A program made the translations under genes and the position numbers. Source: Deltaproteobacteria bacterium (lineage in GTDB: Bacteria > SAR324 > NAC60-12). Taken from it: DNA of 64,000 nucleotides. The stretch spans positions 1-64,000 of the forward strand of contig JAYOTF010000014.1 of assembly GCA_038150265.1 (NCBI GenBank), read 5' to 3'. Positions 38,919-48,658 of the stretch are shown here, one piece after another; position 1 is the first letter of the stretch, and each line of letters opens with the position of its first letter. Below the pieces are notes generated by a model. The model ran no database searches, was not told where the DNA came from, and saw only the letters and a list, made by a program, of their open reading frames with translations.

Positions 38919-39539
38919 TCAATCCCACAAATCGACGTCCACCGGTCGTTGCGGACGATGCTGTTGTTCCCGTTCACGCTGAACCGCCCGGATGAAGCTC
39001 CGGTCGCGTTCAACCACTTCAGACACTTCGGTCCGCTGGACCTTCCGGACATAAACCGAGTAGTCCCGCGAGTCAAAATAGATCACGCGCCCAAACACCC
39101 CTTCCAGGTCGGCGGCCACCACCGGGATGCGGTCTTCCTGGAGAAAGTTCACCACAAAGCGGGCGTTGCGGCCCCCCACATCGAGCATGGGAGCCGCCTG
39201 CTGATTGATCTGCAGCACGGCTGCTCCGCCAAACACCTTGGCCTTGAGGTGCTTGCGCTGGGCCCCCAGCTTCATCATGCGGTTGATGAGCAACTCCATG
39301 GCATTGATGCCATACCGTCCGGCATCACTCTTGAGCATGAGGTCCTGGCTGCTGTAGGACTGGGTGCTCAGCAGGAAGTGGTTCATGCCGACAACGTGGT
39401 TGACCGGGTCGTACAGGCACGCCGAAACGCATGAGCCCAGCAGGGTGATGAGCACCACGTCTTTCTCAGAAGCATGATACTCACCCGGCTGCACGCGAAT
39501 CTTCATGCGACTGTCAAACAGTTTGGGAGCTCTGGACAT
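38919..39539 (-). CDS. cheD: Chemoreceptor glutamine deamidase CheD
   Basis: TLLGSCVSACL, GMNHFLL, RYG..AMELLIN, AKVFGG and VGGRN. ATG at 39539. Confidence 0.93.
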   Translation of the reverse strand: MSRAPKLFDSRMKIRVQPGEYHASEKDVVLITLLGSCVSACLYDPVNHVVGMNHFLLSTQSYSSQDLMLKSDAGRYGINAMELLINRMMKLGAQRKHLKAKVFGGAAVLQINQQAAPMLDVGGRNARFVVNFLQEDRIPVVAADLEGVFGRVIYFDSRDYSVYVRKVQRTEVSEVVERDRSFIRAVQREREQQHRPQRPVDVDLWD

Positions 39540-39558
39540 GTAAAAAACCTTTCTGTAT

Positions 39559-40638
39559 TCAAGATCCGGAGTGTGCCTTCCGGAGAACTGCGGCGGGGAT
39601 GGATTCGAGCGAAAGCACCTGGTGGGCGCCCCCCAGCTCAATGGCCTCTCGGGGCATCCCAAAGACCACGCAGCTGGCTTCATCCTGAGCAAAGTTGAAG
39701 GACCCGGCCTCTGCCATCTCCTTCATGCCCTTGGCGCCGTCATCTCCCATCCCTGTCAAAATGACGCCAATCGCATTCTTTCCGGCATAGCGGGCTGCTG
39801 AGCGAAAGAGGACGTCGACCGAAGGCCGGTGTCGGGACACCAGGGGTCCTTCCCGGACCTCGACGAAGTAGCGGGCGCCGCTGCGTTTGATGAGGGTGTG
39901 GTGGTTCCCGGGAGCAATCAGGGCATGCCCGGGCAAGACGCTATCGTTGTTCTGAGCCTCCTTGACGGTGATGCGGCAGAGCGAGTTGAGGCGTTCCGCA
40001 AAGGAGCGGGTGAAGTGTTCTGGCATGTGCTGGACCACCACAATGCCCGGGCACTGCACCGGCATTTGCTCCAGAAAGACCCGCAGCGCCTCGGTGCCTC
40101 CGGTTGAGGCTCCCACGACCACCACCTTCTCGGTGGTCTGCACCATGGCCCGACTGGAGGCCGCAGGCAGCACCGCGTCTGCCGTCAACTTCGGAGACAC
40201 CTCCATGGTGCCCACTCCGGGAGGGCGCTTCATGCGGCTCAGCTTGGCTGCCGCTGCCGCCCGGACGGCATCTCCGATGAGGATGCGGGACTCTTCAAAG
40301 AAGTCCCGGACCCCAATGCGGGGCTTGAAGATGACCTCCACGGCTCCATACTCCAGCGCCTTCAGCGCCGTCTCCGACCCCCGCTCCGCCAGGCTGGAGC
40401 AGATGATGACTGGCAGAGGGTGCTGCGTCATGATCTTCCTCAAGAACGTCAGCCCATCCATCCGGGGCATCTCCACATCCAAAATGATCACATCCGGAAC
40501 CTTGATCCTCAGGCGCTCTGCCGCCACAATCGGATCAGGCGCCAGCACCGAGACCTTCATGTCCGGGAGGGTGTCGAGCACCTCCTTCAGCCCCTGCCGG
40601 ACCAAAGCGGAATCATCCACCACCATCACATCAATCAT
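39559..40638 (-). CDS. cheB: Chemotaxis methylesterase CheB (REC + methylesterase)
   Basis: [25 protein letters not shown] and [12 protein letters not shown] at 40638. Confidence 0.96.
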   Translation of the reverse strand: MIDVMVVDDSALVRQGLKEVLDTLPDMKVSVLAPDPIVAAERLRIKVPDVIILDVEMPRMDGLTFLRKIMTQHPLPVIICSSLAERGSETALKALEYGAVEVIFKPRIGVRDFFEESRILIGDAVRAAAAAKLSRMKRPPGVGTMEVSPKLTADAVLPAASSRAMVQTTEKVVVVGASTGGTEALRVFLEQMPVQCPGIVVVQHMPEHFTRSFAERLNSLCRITVKEAQNNDSVLPGHALIAPGNHHTLIKRSGARYFVEVREGPLVSRHRPSVDVLFRSAARYAGKNAIGVILTGMGDDGAKGMKEMAEAGSFNFAQDEASCVVFGMPREAIELGGAHQVLSLESIPAAVLRKAHSGS

Positions 40639-40654
40639 GATCTTCCTATCCTGC

Positions 40655-42121
40655 TCATAACAGCCACACTCCCTTGGGGAGCTCCAAGCGCAACCGGGTG
40701 CCTCGGCCCAGACGCGAGGTGATCTCCAGTTGCCCACCATGTTCCTCCACCACCCCATAGGCCACCGCCAGTCCCATTCCGGCACTGCGTTCCAGTTTGG
40801 TGGTAAAGAAGGGATCAAACACCCGGGGCAGGTGTTCGGACTCAATGCCTCGACCCGTGTCTTCGACCTCCAGCCCCACCTGCTCACTTGTTTCAAAGCT
40901 CCGGATCGTCAGCAGCCGCGTCTCCTGCCCCTCCATGGCCTCAAGGGCATTGAGGAGCAGCTGAAAGACCGCCAGCTCCAATGCAGCCGCGTCGCAGATG
41001 ACCTCGGGCTCCGGCTCCTCGTGGACCTGCTCAATCGTCACAGCGTCCTCCTTGAACCGAGCCCGGAGCAGATCCAGGGCGTGCTTGGTGATGGTCTGAA
41101 GCCCCACCTTCTGACGCTCCACCCGGGGGGTCCGACGCGAAAAGGCCTCCAGGCTTTCGAGCAAGTCTCGAATGTTCTCCAGAGCCTGCTGGGTGCCCTC
41201 GGCCTCCTCTTCCGGCACACAGGGGGCGTTGGCCACCACCGTCTCCAGCACCTGCAGCGACTGCCCCAGCACTTCGGAGAGCGACGATGAAAGCGTCCGG
41301 AGCGCGCTCATCAGCGACGACAGCTGCTCCTGCTTGCGCTGCTGCAGCTGCTGGCGCCGGAGGTGAATGAGCCGGACCTCGTTCTTCAGCCGCGCCTTCA
41401 GCTCCTCCCGCGAAAACGGTTTGGTCAGGAAGTCGGACGCGCCATTCCGCAAGGCCTCAATTCGGGTCTCCTGCTCATGGAGCGAGGTCAGGACCAAAAT
41501 GGACGTTTCCTGATACGCCTCCTCTTCCCGGATGCGCTTGCACAGCTCCAGGCCATCCAGGTGGGGCATCAGGAGGTCGGTAAAGATCAGGTCCACCGGG
41601 TGATGCCGGAGCTGCTGCAGGGCCTGTCGTCCGTCTTCAGCCGTCAGGACACGGGCCCCGTTGTGTTCCAGCAAGCGCTGGAGGAGGTTCCGGACCGAGG
41701 GCGCATCATCAGCGACCAGGCACTGGATGCCCTCAAGGAAGCGCTCCTGCTCGAGGAGCTCTCCCGCATAGTTCGCCAGGTCGCCCTCTGGAAAGGGCTT
41801 GAGGAACAGCTCCACCACCCCGGCCTCAAAGGCCTGCTCCCGGATGGAGTCGGACTCTGCCGAGGTGATGAGGATCACGGGGATGTGCGCCGTCTCCGGC
41901 TGTTCCCGGAGCTTGCGGACAAAGGCCAGGCCGTCCATGCCCTCGATTTCCAGATCCGAAGTGATCAGGTCCGGAACCCACTCCAGCGCCAGCTCGAGGG
42001 CCTCTGGAGCCGAGGCGGCCTCGCGGACTTCCACGGCCTCCAGGGTTTCCAGTTCCATGCGGATGAACACACGAGCGGAGGCGCTGTCATCCAGGACCAA
42101 AATGCGGCGGGAAGCGGTCAT
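40655..42121 (-). CDS. REC-REC-HATPase protein with no recognisable H-box
   Basis: Two REC domains. The dimerisation region [23 protein letters not shown] has no His. [20 protein letters not shown] and GMGL are present. Confidence 0.8.
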   Translation of the reverse strand: MTASRRILVLDDSASARVFIRMELETLEAVEVREAASAPEALELALEWVPDLITSDLEIEGMDGLAFVRKLREQPETAHIPVILITSAESDSIREQAFEAGVVELFLKPFPEGDLANYAGELLEQERFLEGIQCLVADDAPSVRNLLQRLLEHNGARVLTAEDGRQALQQLRHHPVDLIFTDLLMPHLDGLELCKRIREEEAYQETSILVLTSLHEQETRIEALRNGASDFLTKPFSREELKARLKNEVRLIHLRRQQLQQRKQEQLSSLMSALRTLSSSLSEVLGQSLQVLETVVANAPCVPEEEAEGTQQALENIRDLLESLEAFSRRTPRVERQKVGLQTITKHALDLLRARFKEDAVTIEQVHEEPEPEVICDAAALELAVFQLLLNALEAMEGQETRLLTIRSFETSEQVGLEVEDTGRGIESEHLPRVFDPFFTTKLERSAGMGLAVAYGVVEEHGGQLEITSRLGRGTRLRLELPKGVWLL

Positions 42122-42957
42122 AGCCGTTTGTACGTCGCCGGCGCCACAATCCGCAGGGGCAGATCAAACTCATGGAGCGTCTCCGAGTGCCCCACAAAGA
42201 GGTACCCGCCCCGCTTGAGGTTCTGGCAGAGGCGCTTGAGGACCTGGAACTGGGTCGGCTTGTCAAAGTAGATCATCACGTTCCGGTAAAAGGTCACATC
42301 CGTGGGATACGGCATGCGGTACTGCTCATCCATGAAGTTGAGGGTAAAGAACTCCATCCGGGAGCGGAGCTGCGGGATGACGCGGACCTTGGGCGTCTCC
42401 CGGTTCTTGCTCCTCAGAAAGTAACGCTTGAGCAACGGCAACGGAATTCCGGTGGTGCGGTTTTCCGAATAGATCCCCTGCAGCGCCGTCTGCACCGATC
42501 CACTGGAGACATCGGTCCCGAGGATCGAGTACGGGTGCTTGGTGCGGATGGGGTGCTTGCGGAAGTACTCCTCCAGCACCATCCCCAGGGTGTACACCTC
42601 CTCGCCCGTCGAGCATCCGGCACTCCACAACCGCAGGGGGTACTGCCGTCCCGGCACCCGAATCAGCTCCGGAAGCACCACCTCTGCGAGGTACGTAAAG
42701 TGATCGGGCTCCCGGAAGAAGTCCGTCTTGTGGGTGGTCACGAGGTCCACCATGAAGGCCAGCTCCTCCACCGCTTCGTCCTCAAAGAGGTGGTCGAGGT
42801 ACTGCCCAAACGAGTTCATGTGGAGCGCCCGGAGGCGCTTCTGGAGGCGGGTCTCCAGCATCACCCGCTTGGTCGCCGGCATCTTGACGCCCAGGTTTTC
42901 TTCAATCCAGGCCCCCAGGACCTTGAAATCTGCTGTCTGTAAGTGAATGAAACTCAT
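42118..42957 (-). CDS. cheR: Chemotaxis methyltransferase CheR
   Basis: TTHKTDFFREPDHF, WSAGCSTGEEVY, RNVMIYF and GHSET. Confidence 0.95.
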   Translation of the reverse strand: MSFIHLQTADFKVLGAWIEENLGVKMPATKRVMLETRLQKRLRALHMNSFGQYLDHLFEDEAVEELAFMVDLVTTHKTDFFREPDHFTYLAEVVLPELIRVPGRQYPLRLWSAGCSTGEEVYTLGMVLEEYFRKHPIRTKHPYSILGTDVSSGSVQTALQGIYSENRTTGIPLPLLKRYFLRSKNRETPKVRVIPQLRSRMEFFTLNFMDEQYRMPYPTDVTFYRNVMIYFDKPTQFQVLKRLCQNLKRGGYLFVGHSETLHEFDLPLRIVAPATYKRL

Positions 42958-42969
42958 GATCGTATCAAC

Positions 42970-43016
42970 AAAAAACCCGCCTCCTCAGAGGGAATCCTGT
43001 GGCGGTTGAGGAGGCG
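42970..43016 (-). terminator. Terminator-like hairpin plus U-tract overlapping the stop of the spermidine-synthase-like gene
   Basis: Minus strand CGCCTCCTCA-19 nt-TGAGGAGGCG followed by GG and six T. Confidence 0.4.
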
Positions 43017-45522
43017 TAAACGTACTTGGTAAATCATCCACCCATTCCTTCAGGGCCTCCTTGCTGGCCTGAGGCAGTTCCAGGAAGCGGTTGACGTTCC
43101 GGTCCTTCAGCATGTCCAGCGGCGCGGTGAATTCGGTGATCAGGCGGTCATCGGTGTTCTGTTCCAGTGGATTCAGGGTTTTCAGGTACCGGACCACTTC
43201 ATGGTCACCCATCAGAAACAGCTGCGGCAAAAAAGTCGTGGGCTCCAGTCCAAAGCGCTGGAGCGTGGCGGCGGCCTGCGGACGGGCGGCCCGACGCACC
43301 ACATCCTGATAACTGATCCGGAAGTTCGGTTGCTTCGAGGCAATCATCAGCAGGTCTCCCGGAACCGTCGACCGCCAGAGGGACACCTGGGGAAACACCG
43401 ACCGGAGGGTGTAAATGAGAATCTTCAGGTTCCGCGGCGACATGTGATACGCCGGAAGCCACTGCGCCAGCATCCCTGTGGAAGACAGGCTCTGTTCCAC
43501 CTGCTCATACCACTCCAGAGACAGCAGGCTCGACTCGCCCTTGATCCAGGGATTCGATGGCTGCGAAATGATCAGGTCAAACGGCTCCTTCTCGCTGATC
43601 AAAAAGCTTCGGGCGTCACGAGCCACCACCGTGGAGCGGGCGTCATGCAAAATGCCGTGGTTGTACTTTTCAAAGAACGAGGCGGCCCGGATCACGGCAG
43701 GAGAGATCTCTGCGGTGATGATCGTTTCGGGCTCATGGAGCAACGCGGTGCCGCTGGTGATGCCGCTCCCGAGTCCCACCACAAACACCCGCTCCGGATT
43801 GGGGTGCAGGATCATCGGCAGAGAGGCCAGCAGCGTCTGAGTGGGCATGTCGCCACTTCCTCCTGCACTTGCATCCACCTTGCCGTTGATCATCAGGCTC
43901 CGCTTGCCCTCGGCGCTGTCCATGACGGCCACCGTCGCGACGGGTCCCATTTCGTAGTAAACGGTTTCAAACTTGCGCATCGCCGCCTCCCAGATCAGGG
44001 AGCGCTGGGCCTGTGCCACATCGTTGCGCTCCAGGGCCATCAGGTTGTAGCTCCGGGAGGAATCGTAGTACTGGTTGGCATACAGGTACACGCCACTGCT
44101 CATCAGGCGGGGCGACCAGGGCTGATTGAAGAGCAGGCTCAGGGAGGCCACCAGGGCCGTCACCATGGCCCACCGGAGGCGCTTGGCCGGAAGCCACTCC
44201 GGATGGCTCATCTGTGCCGCCAGGCCAATGGAAAAGCTGATCACGGCGCCCAGGGTCACCGTCCCCTGCATGCCAATGCCCGGGACCAGCACCACGCCTG
44301 CGAGGGCCGCGCCCAGCATGGCGCCGAAGGTGTTGATCCCAAAGACGCGCCCCACCTCCTTGCTCGGAGCCCGGGTGTTGGCGCCCAGCACGGAACAGAC
44401 CGTCGGGAACATCATCCCCATGGCAATGGTCGGAATCAGCATCACCAGCGCTGCCAGCAAGAAGCGCAGCACCTGCACCCCGCCCCAGGTGTCCAGCAGC
44501 TCGCGGTGCAACGACAGGTACAGGAACGGCAGGCGCTCCATGAGGATGTTGGCCAGCAGCACCGACACCGCCAGGATGAGCTGCAGCAGGCCGTAGAGGG
44601 TCCGGGCCGAGAGGCGCTGATCCAGGTGCCGGTACATGTAGCTGCCAATCGCAATCCCCAGCAGAAACGTCGCCAAAATGGTGGTAAAGGCATACGACGT
44701 GGTCCCCAGCAGCATGCTCAGGGTCCGGTTCCAGGCCACCTGATACCCCAGCGCCACCGCCCCTGAGAGCCCATAACTCCAGAAGATGAGCTTGCCGTTG
44801 AAGGAAAGCGGCTCACGGCGCTCCTCCGGAGGCAGCACCCGGGCTTCACTCCCCTGGAGGCGCTTCTGCAGTTGCCAGAAGCCCAGACCAATGAGGAGGT
44901 TCAGCGAGGCGGCAATCCAGGTGGTCCCTGCTTGTCCCCAAAACCGCAGCAGCAGGTACCCGGTCACCAGCGTCCCCGTCAGGGCGCCAAAGGTGTTGGC
45001 CGAGTACAGCCGAGCGGTGTTGACCGCCAGCACCTGCTCGGTTCGGGTCAGGTAACGGCTCATCAGCGGCAGCGTCCCCCCCATCAGAAACGTCGGTGGC
45101 GCCAGCAGCAGGACGCCAAAGAAAAACGGCACCAGCGTCCGGGACTCTGCCAGCAGGGGAAACTGCTGGTACAGCTCGGCATGAACCGCCTGAGCGCCCT
45201 CCACCAGCAAGGGAAAGAGCAGGGCGTACCCCCCGATTCCGGCCTCCAGCAACGCGTACACCTGGGCCAACCGGGCCTCCCCCCAACGGTCTCCCTGCTT
45301 CCCAAACCACCAACCGCCCCACGCCAGTCCGCCCATGAATCCGGTCAGGATCACGGTAACCGCAGTGGTGGAGGAGCCCAGGAAGTTGGTCAGGGTCCGG
45401 ATCCAGATCACCTCATAGGCCAGACTGGCGGCGCCCGAGCCAAAGAAAAACAGCGTCAGCCACTGTTCCAGGCTCAGCCCCAGCTTGCGGGGAGAGGGGT
45501 CATGTAAGCGGGAGGGGGACAT
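42985..45522 (-). CDS. Fused multi-TM (MFS-like)/spermidine-synthase-like protein
   Basis: Two internally repeated membrane halves (SGAASLAYEVIWIR and SGAVALGYQVAWNR), INGKVDAS, VVGLGSGITS, AEIS, DARSFL and DLIISQPSNPW. Confidence 0.85.
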   Translation of the reverse strand: MSPSRLHDPSPRKLGLSLEQWLTLFFFGSGAASLAYEVIWIRTLTNFLGSSTTAVTVILTGFMGGLAWGGWWFGKQGDRWGEARLAQVYALLEAGIGGYALLFPLLVEGAQAVHAELYQQFPLLAESRTLVPFFFGVLLLAPPTFLMGGTLPLMSRYLTRTEQVLAVNTARLYSANTFGALTGTLVTGYLLLRFWGQAGTTWIAASLNLLIGLGFWQLQKRLQGSEARVLPPEERREPLSFNGKLIFWSYGLSGAVALGYQVAWNRTLSMLLGTTSYAFTTILATFLLGIAIGSYMYRHLDQRLSARTLYGLLQLILAVSVLLANILMERLPFLYLSLHRELLDTWGGVQVLRFLLAALVMLIPTIAMGMMFPTVCSVLGANTRAPSKEVGRVFGINTFGAMLGAALAGVVLVPGIGMQGTVTLGAVISFSIGLAAQMSHPEWLPAKRLRWAMVTALVASLSLLFNQPWSPRLMSSGVYLYANQYYDSSRSYNLMALERNDVAQAQRSLIWEAAMRKFETVYYEMGPVATVAVMDSAEGKRSLMINGKVDASAGGSGDMPTQTLLASLPMILHPNPERVFVVGLGSGITSGTALLHEPETIITAEISPAVIRAASFFEKYNHGILHDARSTVVARDARSFLISEKEPFDLIISQPSNPWIKGESSLLSLEWYEQVEQSLSSTGMLAQWLPAYHMSPRNLKILIYTLRSVFPQVSLWRSTVPGDLLMIASKQPNFRISYQDVVRRAARPQAAATLQRFGLEPTTFLPQLFLMGDHEVVRYLKTLNPLEQNTDDRLITEFTAPLDMLKDRNVNRFLELPQASKEALKEWVDDLPSTFTPPQPPQDSL

Positions 45523-45560
45523 CAGTGGGTTGCCTCGTCAGTTAGAGGTGGAGGGGATGG

Positions 45561-45589
45561 CATCCGGGAAGCGAGAGGCTTCCCGGATG
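45561..45589. other. Perfect 12-bp hairpin between cheW and the spermidine-synthase-like gene
   Basis: CATCCGGGAAGC-gagag-GCTTCCCGGATG. Confidence 0.5.
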
Positions 45590-45615
45590 GGGATGCAGGA
45601 GTCAGATCCTGCGCG

Positions 45616-46128
45616 TCAGGCCTGTTCTTCCGGAAGGGCCACTTCACTCAGATTCTGAGCCAGGCTCAGTTCATCAAGGGTGAAGATCTTCTCCAGGTCC
45701 AGGATGGTGATGAAGCGTTCCTCGCGTTTCCCCATGCCTCGGATGAAGTCGATGTGGAGTCGGGTTCCCAGCCGAGGAGGAGGGTTGATGTCTTCGGTGT
45801 CCAGGTCAATGACCTCCTGAACGGAATCCGCCAGGGCGCCCAGCATGGTGCTTTCGCCGTCAATGCTGACCTCAATGACAATCACGCTGGTGTTGACGGT
45901 CTTTTCCACCCGTCCAATGCCAAACTTGAGGCGCATGTCCACCACCGGCACCACGCTGCCCCGGAGGTTGATGATGCCCCGCATGAAGTCTGGGGTCTTC
46001 GGAACCTTGGTCACTCCGTCAAACTGCAACACTTCCCGGACATTGCTGATCGGAAAGGCATAGATCTCCTGATCCAGGACAAACGTGAGGTACTGATTGG
46101 AGATCGTCGACTGATCTTCTTCGCTCAT
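45616..46128 (-). CDS. cheW: Chemotaxis coupling protein CheW
   Basis: QYLTFVL, VREVL, GIINLRGSVVPVVDMR and GALADSVQEV. Confidence 0.95.
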   Translation of the reverse strand: MSEEDQSTISNQYLTFVLDQEIYAFPISNVREVLQFDGVTKVPKTPDFMRGIINLRGSVVPVVDMRLKFGIGRVEKTVNTSVIVIEVSIDGESTMLGALADSVQEVIDLDTEDINPPPRLGTRLHIDFIRGMGKREERFITILDLEKIFTLDELSLAQNLSEVALPEEQA

Positions 46129-46199
46129 AAAAACTCCTTAATGTTCGTCAAACCGTAGAAACCGGACCCTTCCCCCCTGGAGGAGGGAAGGGAAATGAC

Positions 46200-48323
46200 T
46201 CAGAACCGCTCGAAGTCCTCATCAGCGGAATCGGCACCCCCCATGTCCAGGTCGATGCCTCCCTTCTGCGCGCCGCTTTTCTTCGGAGCGGCAATCTGCT
46301 TCGGGGTCTCGCCAGACGCCTTCATGCCGCCCCCCTTTGCAGGCGGGTTGTGGGGAAGGTGCGCAATCTTGGTATGTGCGCCCTGCCGGTGCATGGCATG
46401 CCGGGAGTTTTCCAGTTTGAAGAACATCATGGCCTGCTGCAGCTGCTCAGCCTGAGAGCTCATCTCCTCAGTGGTGGAGGCCAGCTCTTCGGAAGCCGCC
46501 GCATTTTGCTGCACCACCTGGTCGAGCTGCTGAATGGCCGCATTGATCTGCTGCGATCCGGAATTCTGCTCCCGGGACGCCGCACTGATTTCCTGAACCA
46601 GCTCAGCCGTCCGCTGGATGTCCGGAACCAGCTGCTCCAGCATCTTCCCAGCGGTTTGGGCCACTTCGACACTGCTGCTTGCCAGGGTATTGATTTCCGC
46701 CGCTGCCGTCTGGCTCCGCTCTGCAAGCTTGCGGACCTCAGAGGCCACCACGGCAAAGCCCTTGCCATGCTCACCTGCACGCGCGGCTTCAATGGCCGCA
46801 TTGAGGGCCAGCAGGTTCGTCTGCCGGGCGATCTCTTCAATGATCGAGATCTTGTCGGCAATCTGGTTCATGGCCGCCACGGTATTGGCCACGGCATCTC
46901 CCCCTTCACGGGCGTCATCCGCCGCCTTGCGGGCGATCTTTTCTGTCTGCACCGCGTTGTCGGTGTTCTGCTGAATGTTCGAGCCCATCTCTTCCATGGA
47001 CGACGACACCTCCTCCACGGAGGAGGCCTGCTCCGAGGCCCCCTGAGACAGCTCCTGAGCAGTGGAGCTCACCTCCTGGGCTCCGGAAGCCACGTTGTCC
47101 GACGAGTTCCGGACCGTCTCCACAATCTCCCGAAGTCGCTCGGTCATTTGCTCAATGGAGGCCAGGATGCCAGAGTTGCGCTTTCCGGATCGGCCCTGAT
47201 TGAAGTCCACATCCAGGTCTCCACCAGCAACCTTGTCCACCATCACACCAATCTCAGCGGGCTCCCCCCCAACCTGGCGGATGATGGACAGGACGACCCA
47301 CAGCGCAATCCCCAGCCCCAGCACCAGGCTGATGATGATGAGGATGATCAGGTTGTTCCGGGTGTCTTCATACATGACATCACTGGCCTGCTTGATCGCA
47401 TCCAGGTCGTCATCGTTGCGCTGAACAATTCCGGCCATGATGCTCACCGCCTTGTCATTCAACTCACGTCCTTGCCCCACCGACAGGTCAAAGGCCTTGG
47501 TGTTCCCATTTTCCCGGGTGATGGACTGGACCTCCTGATTGTGGCTCAGGTAGTCTTCATAAAGGGGACGGAACTCTCGGAGCAGCGCCCGGCCCTGTCC
47601 GGAAGAGAGCGTTTCCAGGTCACTGAGCCGTGACTCCAGTTCCTTCTGGATCTGCGAGGTCACCTGGGCGTATTGGTCCATCTCCTTGTCTGTTGTGGAG
47701 AGGATGATGTTCTTCTCCGCCCGCTGCAGTTCCACCAGGTTCTGATTGATCCGCGCTCCCAGCTTGATGCGGTTCACAATCACCCGCAGGGTCTCCAGAT
47801 CCAGTGCCTCATCCGCCTGGCGGTCATTGAGGTCCACCACCTGTCTCATCACGGCTGCCGCCTTGTCGAAGGCGGCTCGGGAGTCGCCCTTGGAAAGCGC
47901 CTCTGCCCGCACATTCGAGTTCAAGCGCGAGTAGCTCCGGACCTGCTGATGGACCTTCATGTAGTCATTGAAGGCGACCCCAAAGGAGTCCAGCTCCCGT
48001 TTCCCGGCTTCATCGGACAGTCCGCGCAGCTCTCCGCGTCGGGCGTCCATGTCTCCCTGGATGCCATCAATTTCCTTGGCAAAGACATCCATGTCTTCCT
48101 GGGTCTTGGCCAGGATCATGTTCTTCTCCGCCCGGGAGATGGCGACAATGCCCTGATTGATGCGGGCCGCCAGCTTGATCTTGACCGCCGTGTTGTCTGC
48201 AACAAAGTTCAGCTGGTCATTGACCCCACTGAGCCCGTTGATTCCCATCCAGGAGCTGATCGCCATCAGGACCAGGATGATGATGAATCCACCGAAGAGC
48301 TGGGTCTTCATGTTGATTCGCAT
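46200..48323 (-). CDS. Transmembrane methyl-accepting chemotaxis protein with a duplicated four-helix sensor and C-terminal pentapeptide
   Basis: Two TM segments, repeated KL.ARINQ..V...RAEKN.IL units, [30 protein letters not shown] and terminal DFERF. ATG at 48323. Confidence 0.95.
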   Translation of the reverse strand: MRINMKTQLFGGFIIILVLMAISSWMGINGLSGVNDQLNFVADNTAVKIKLAARINQGIVAISRAEKNMILAKTQEDMDVFAKEIDGIQGDMDARRGELRGLSDEAGKRELDSFGVAFNDYMKVHQQVRSYSRLNSNVRAEALSKGDSRAAFDKAAAVMRQVVDLNDRQADEALDLETLRVIVNRIKLGARINQNLVELQRAEKNIILSTTDKEMDQYAQVTSQIQKELESRLSDLETLSSGQGRALLREFRPLYEDYLSHNQEVQSITRENGNTKAFDLSVGQGRELNDKAVSIMAGIVQRNDDDLDAIKQASDVMYEDTRNNLIILIIISLVLGLGIALWVVLSIIRQVGGEPAEIGVMVDKVAGGDLDVDFNQGRSGKRNSGILASIEQMTERLREIVETVRNSSDNVASGAQEVSSTAQELSQGASEQASSVEEVSSSMEEMGSNIQQNTDNAVQTEKIARKAADDAREGGDAVANTVAAMNQIADKISIIEEIARQTNLLALNAAIEAARAGEHGKGFAVVASEVRKLAERSQTAAAEINTLASSSVEVAQTAGKMLEQLVPDIQRTAELVQEISAASREQNSGSQQINAAIQQLDQVVQQNAAASEELASTTEEMSSQAEQLQQAMMFFKLENSRHAMHRQGAHTKIAHLPHNPPAKGGGMKASGETPKQIAAPKKSGAQKGGIDLDMGGADSADEDFERF

Positions 48324-48367
48324 AAGTACCTCATCAGATGAAGTGTTGGGAAAAGCATGGATGGGAA

Positions 48368-48658
48368 CTAACCTCTCACCCAATTCAAGTAACTGAAGCC
48401 GCCCTCTTCCACGGCCTCCCCGAGGGGACCCGGCAGGGGACGCTCCAGTTGCAGGTCAATGCCCTTGCTGCGGGCCAGCAAGTAGGCTGCGTGGATCAGC
48501 TGCACGCCCGCAACATCGGCCCGCTCCATGTCCCCCCAGTTGATCCGGATCTCATCCGGGCTCTGCTGGAAGGCTCCCAGGAGCGTTTGCTGATGACGTG
48601 CGACTGTGTGGATGGTCAGGTCCCCTTGCAGCGTGACCGTCTGCGGGCTGGAACTCAT
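48368..48658 (-). CDS. STAS domain protein (che-cluster type)
   Basis: LQGDLTI and [16 protein letters not shown] overlap with cheA. Confidence 0.8.
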   Translation of the reverse strand: MSSSPQTVTLQGDLTIHTVARHQQTLLGAFQQSPDEIRINWGDMERADVAGVQLIHAAYLLARSKGIDLQLERPLPGPLGEAVEEGGFSYLNWVRG

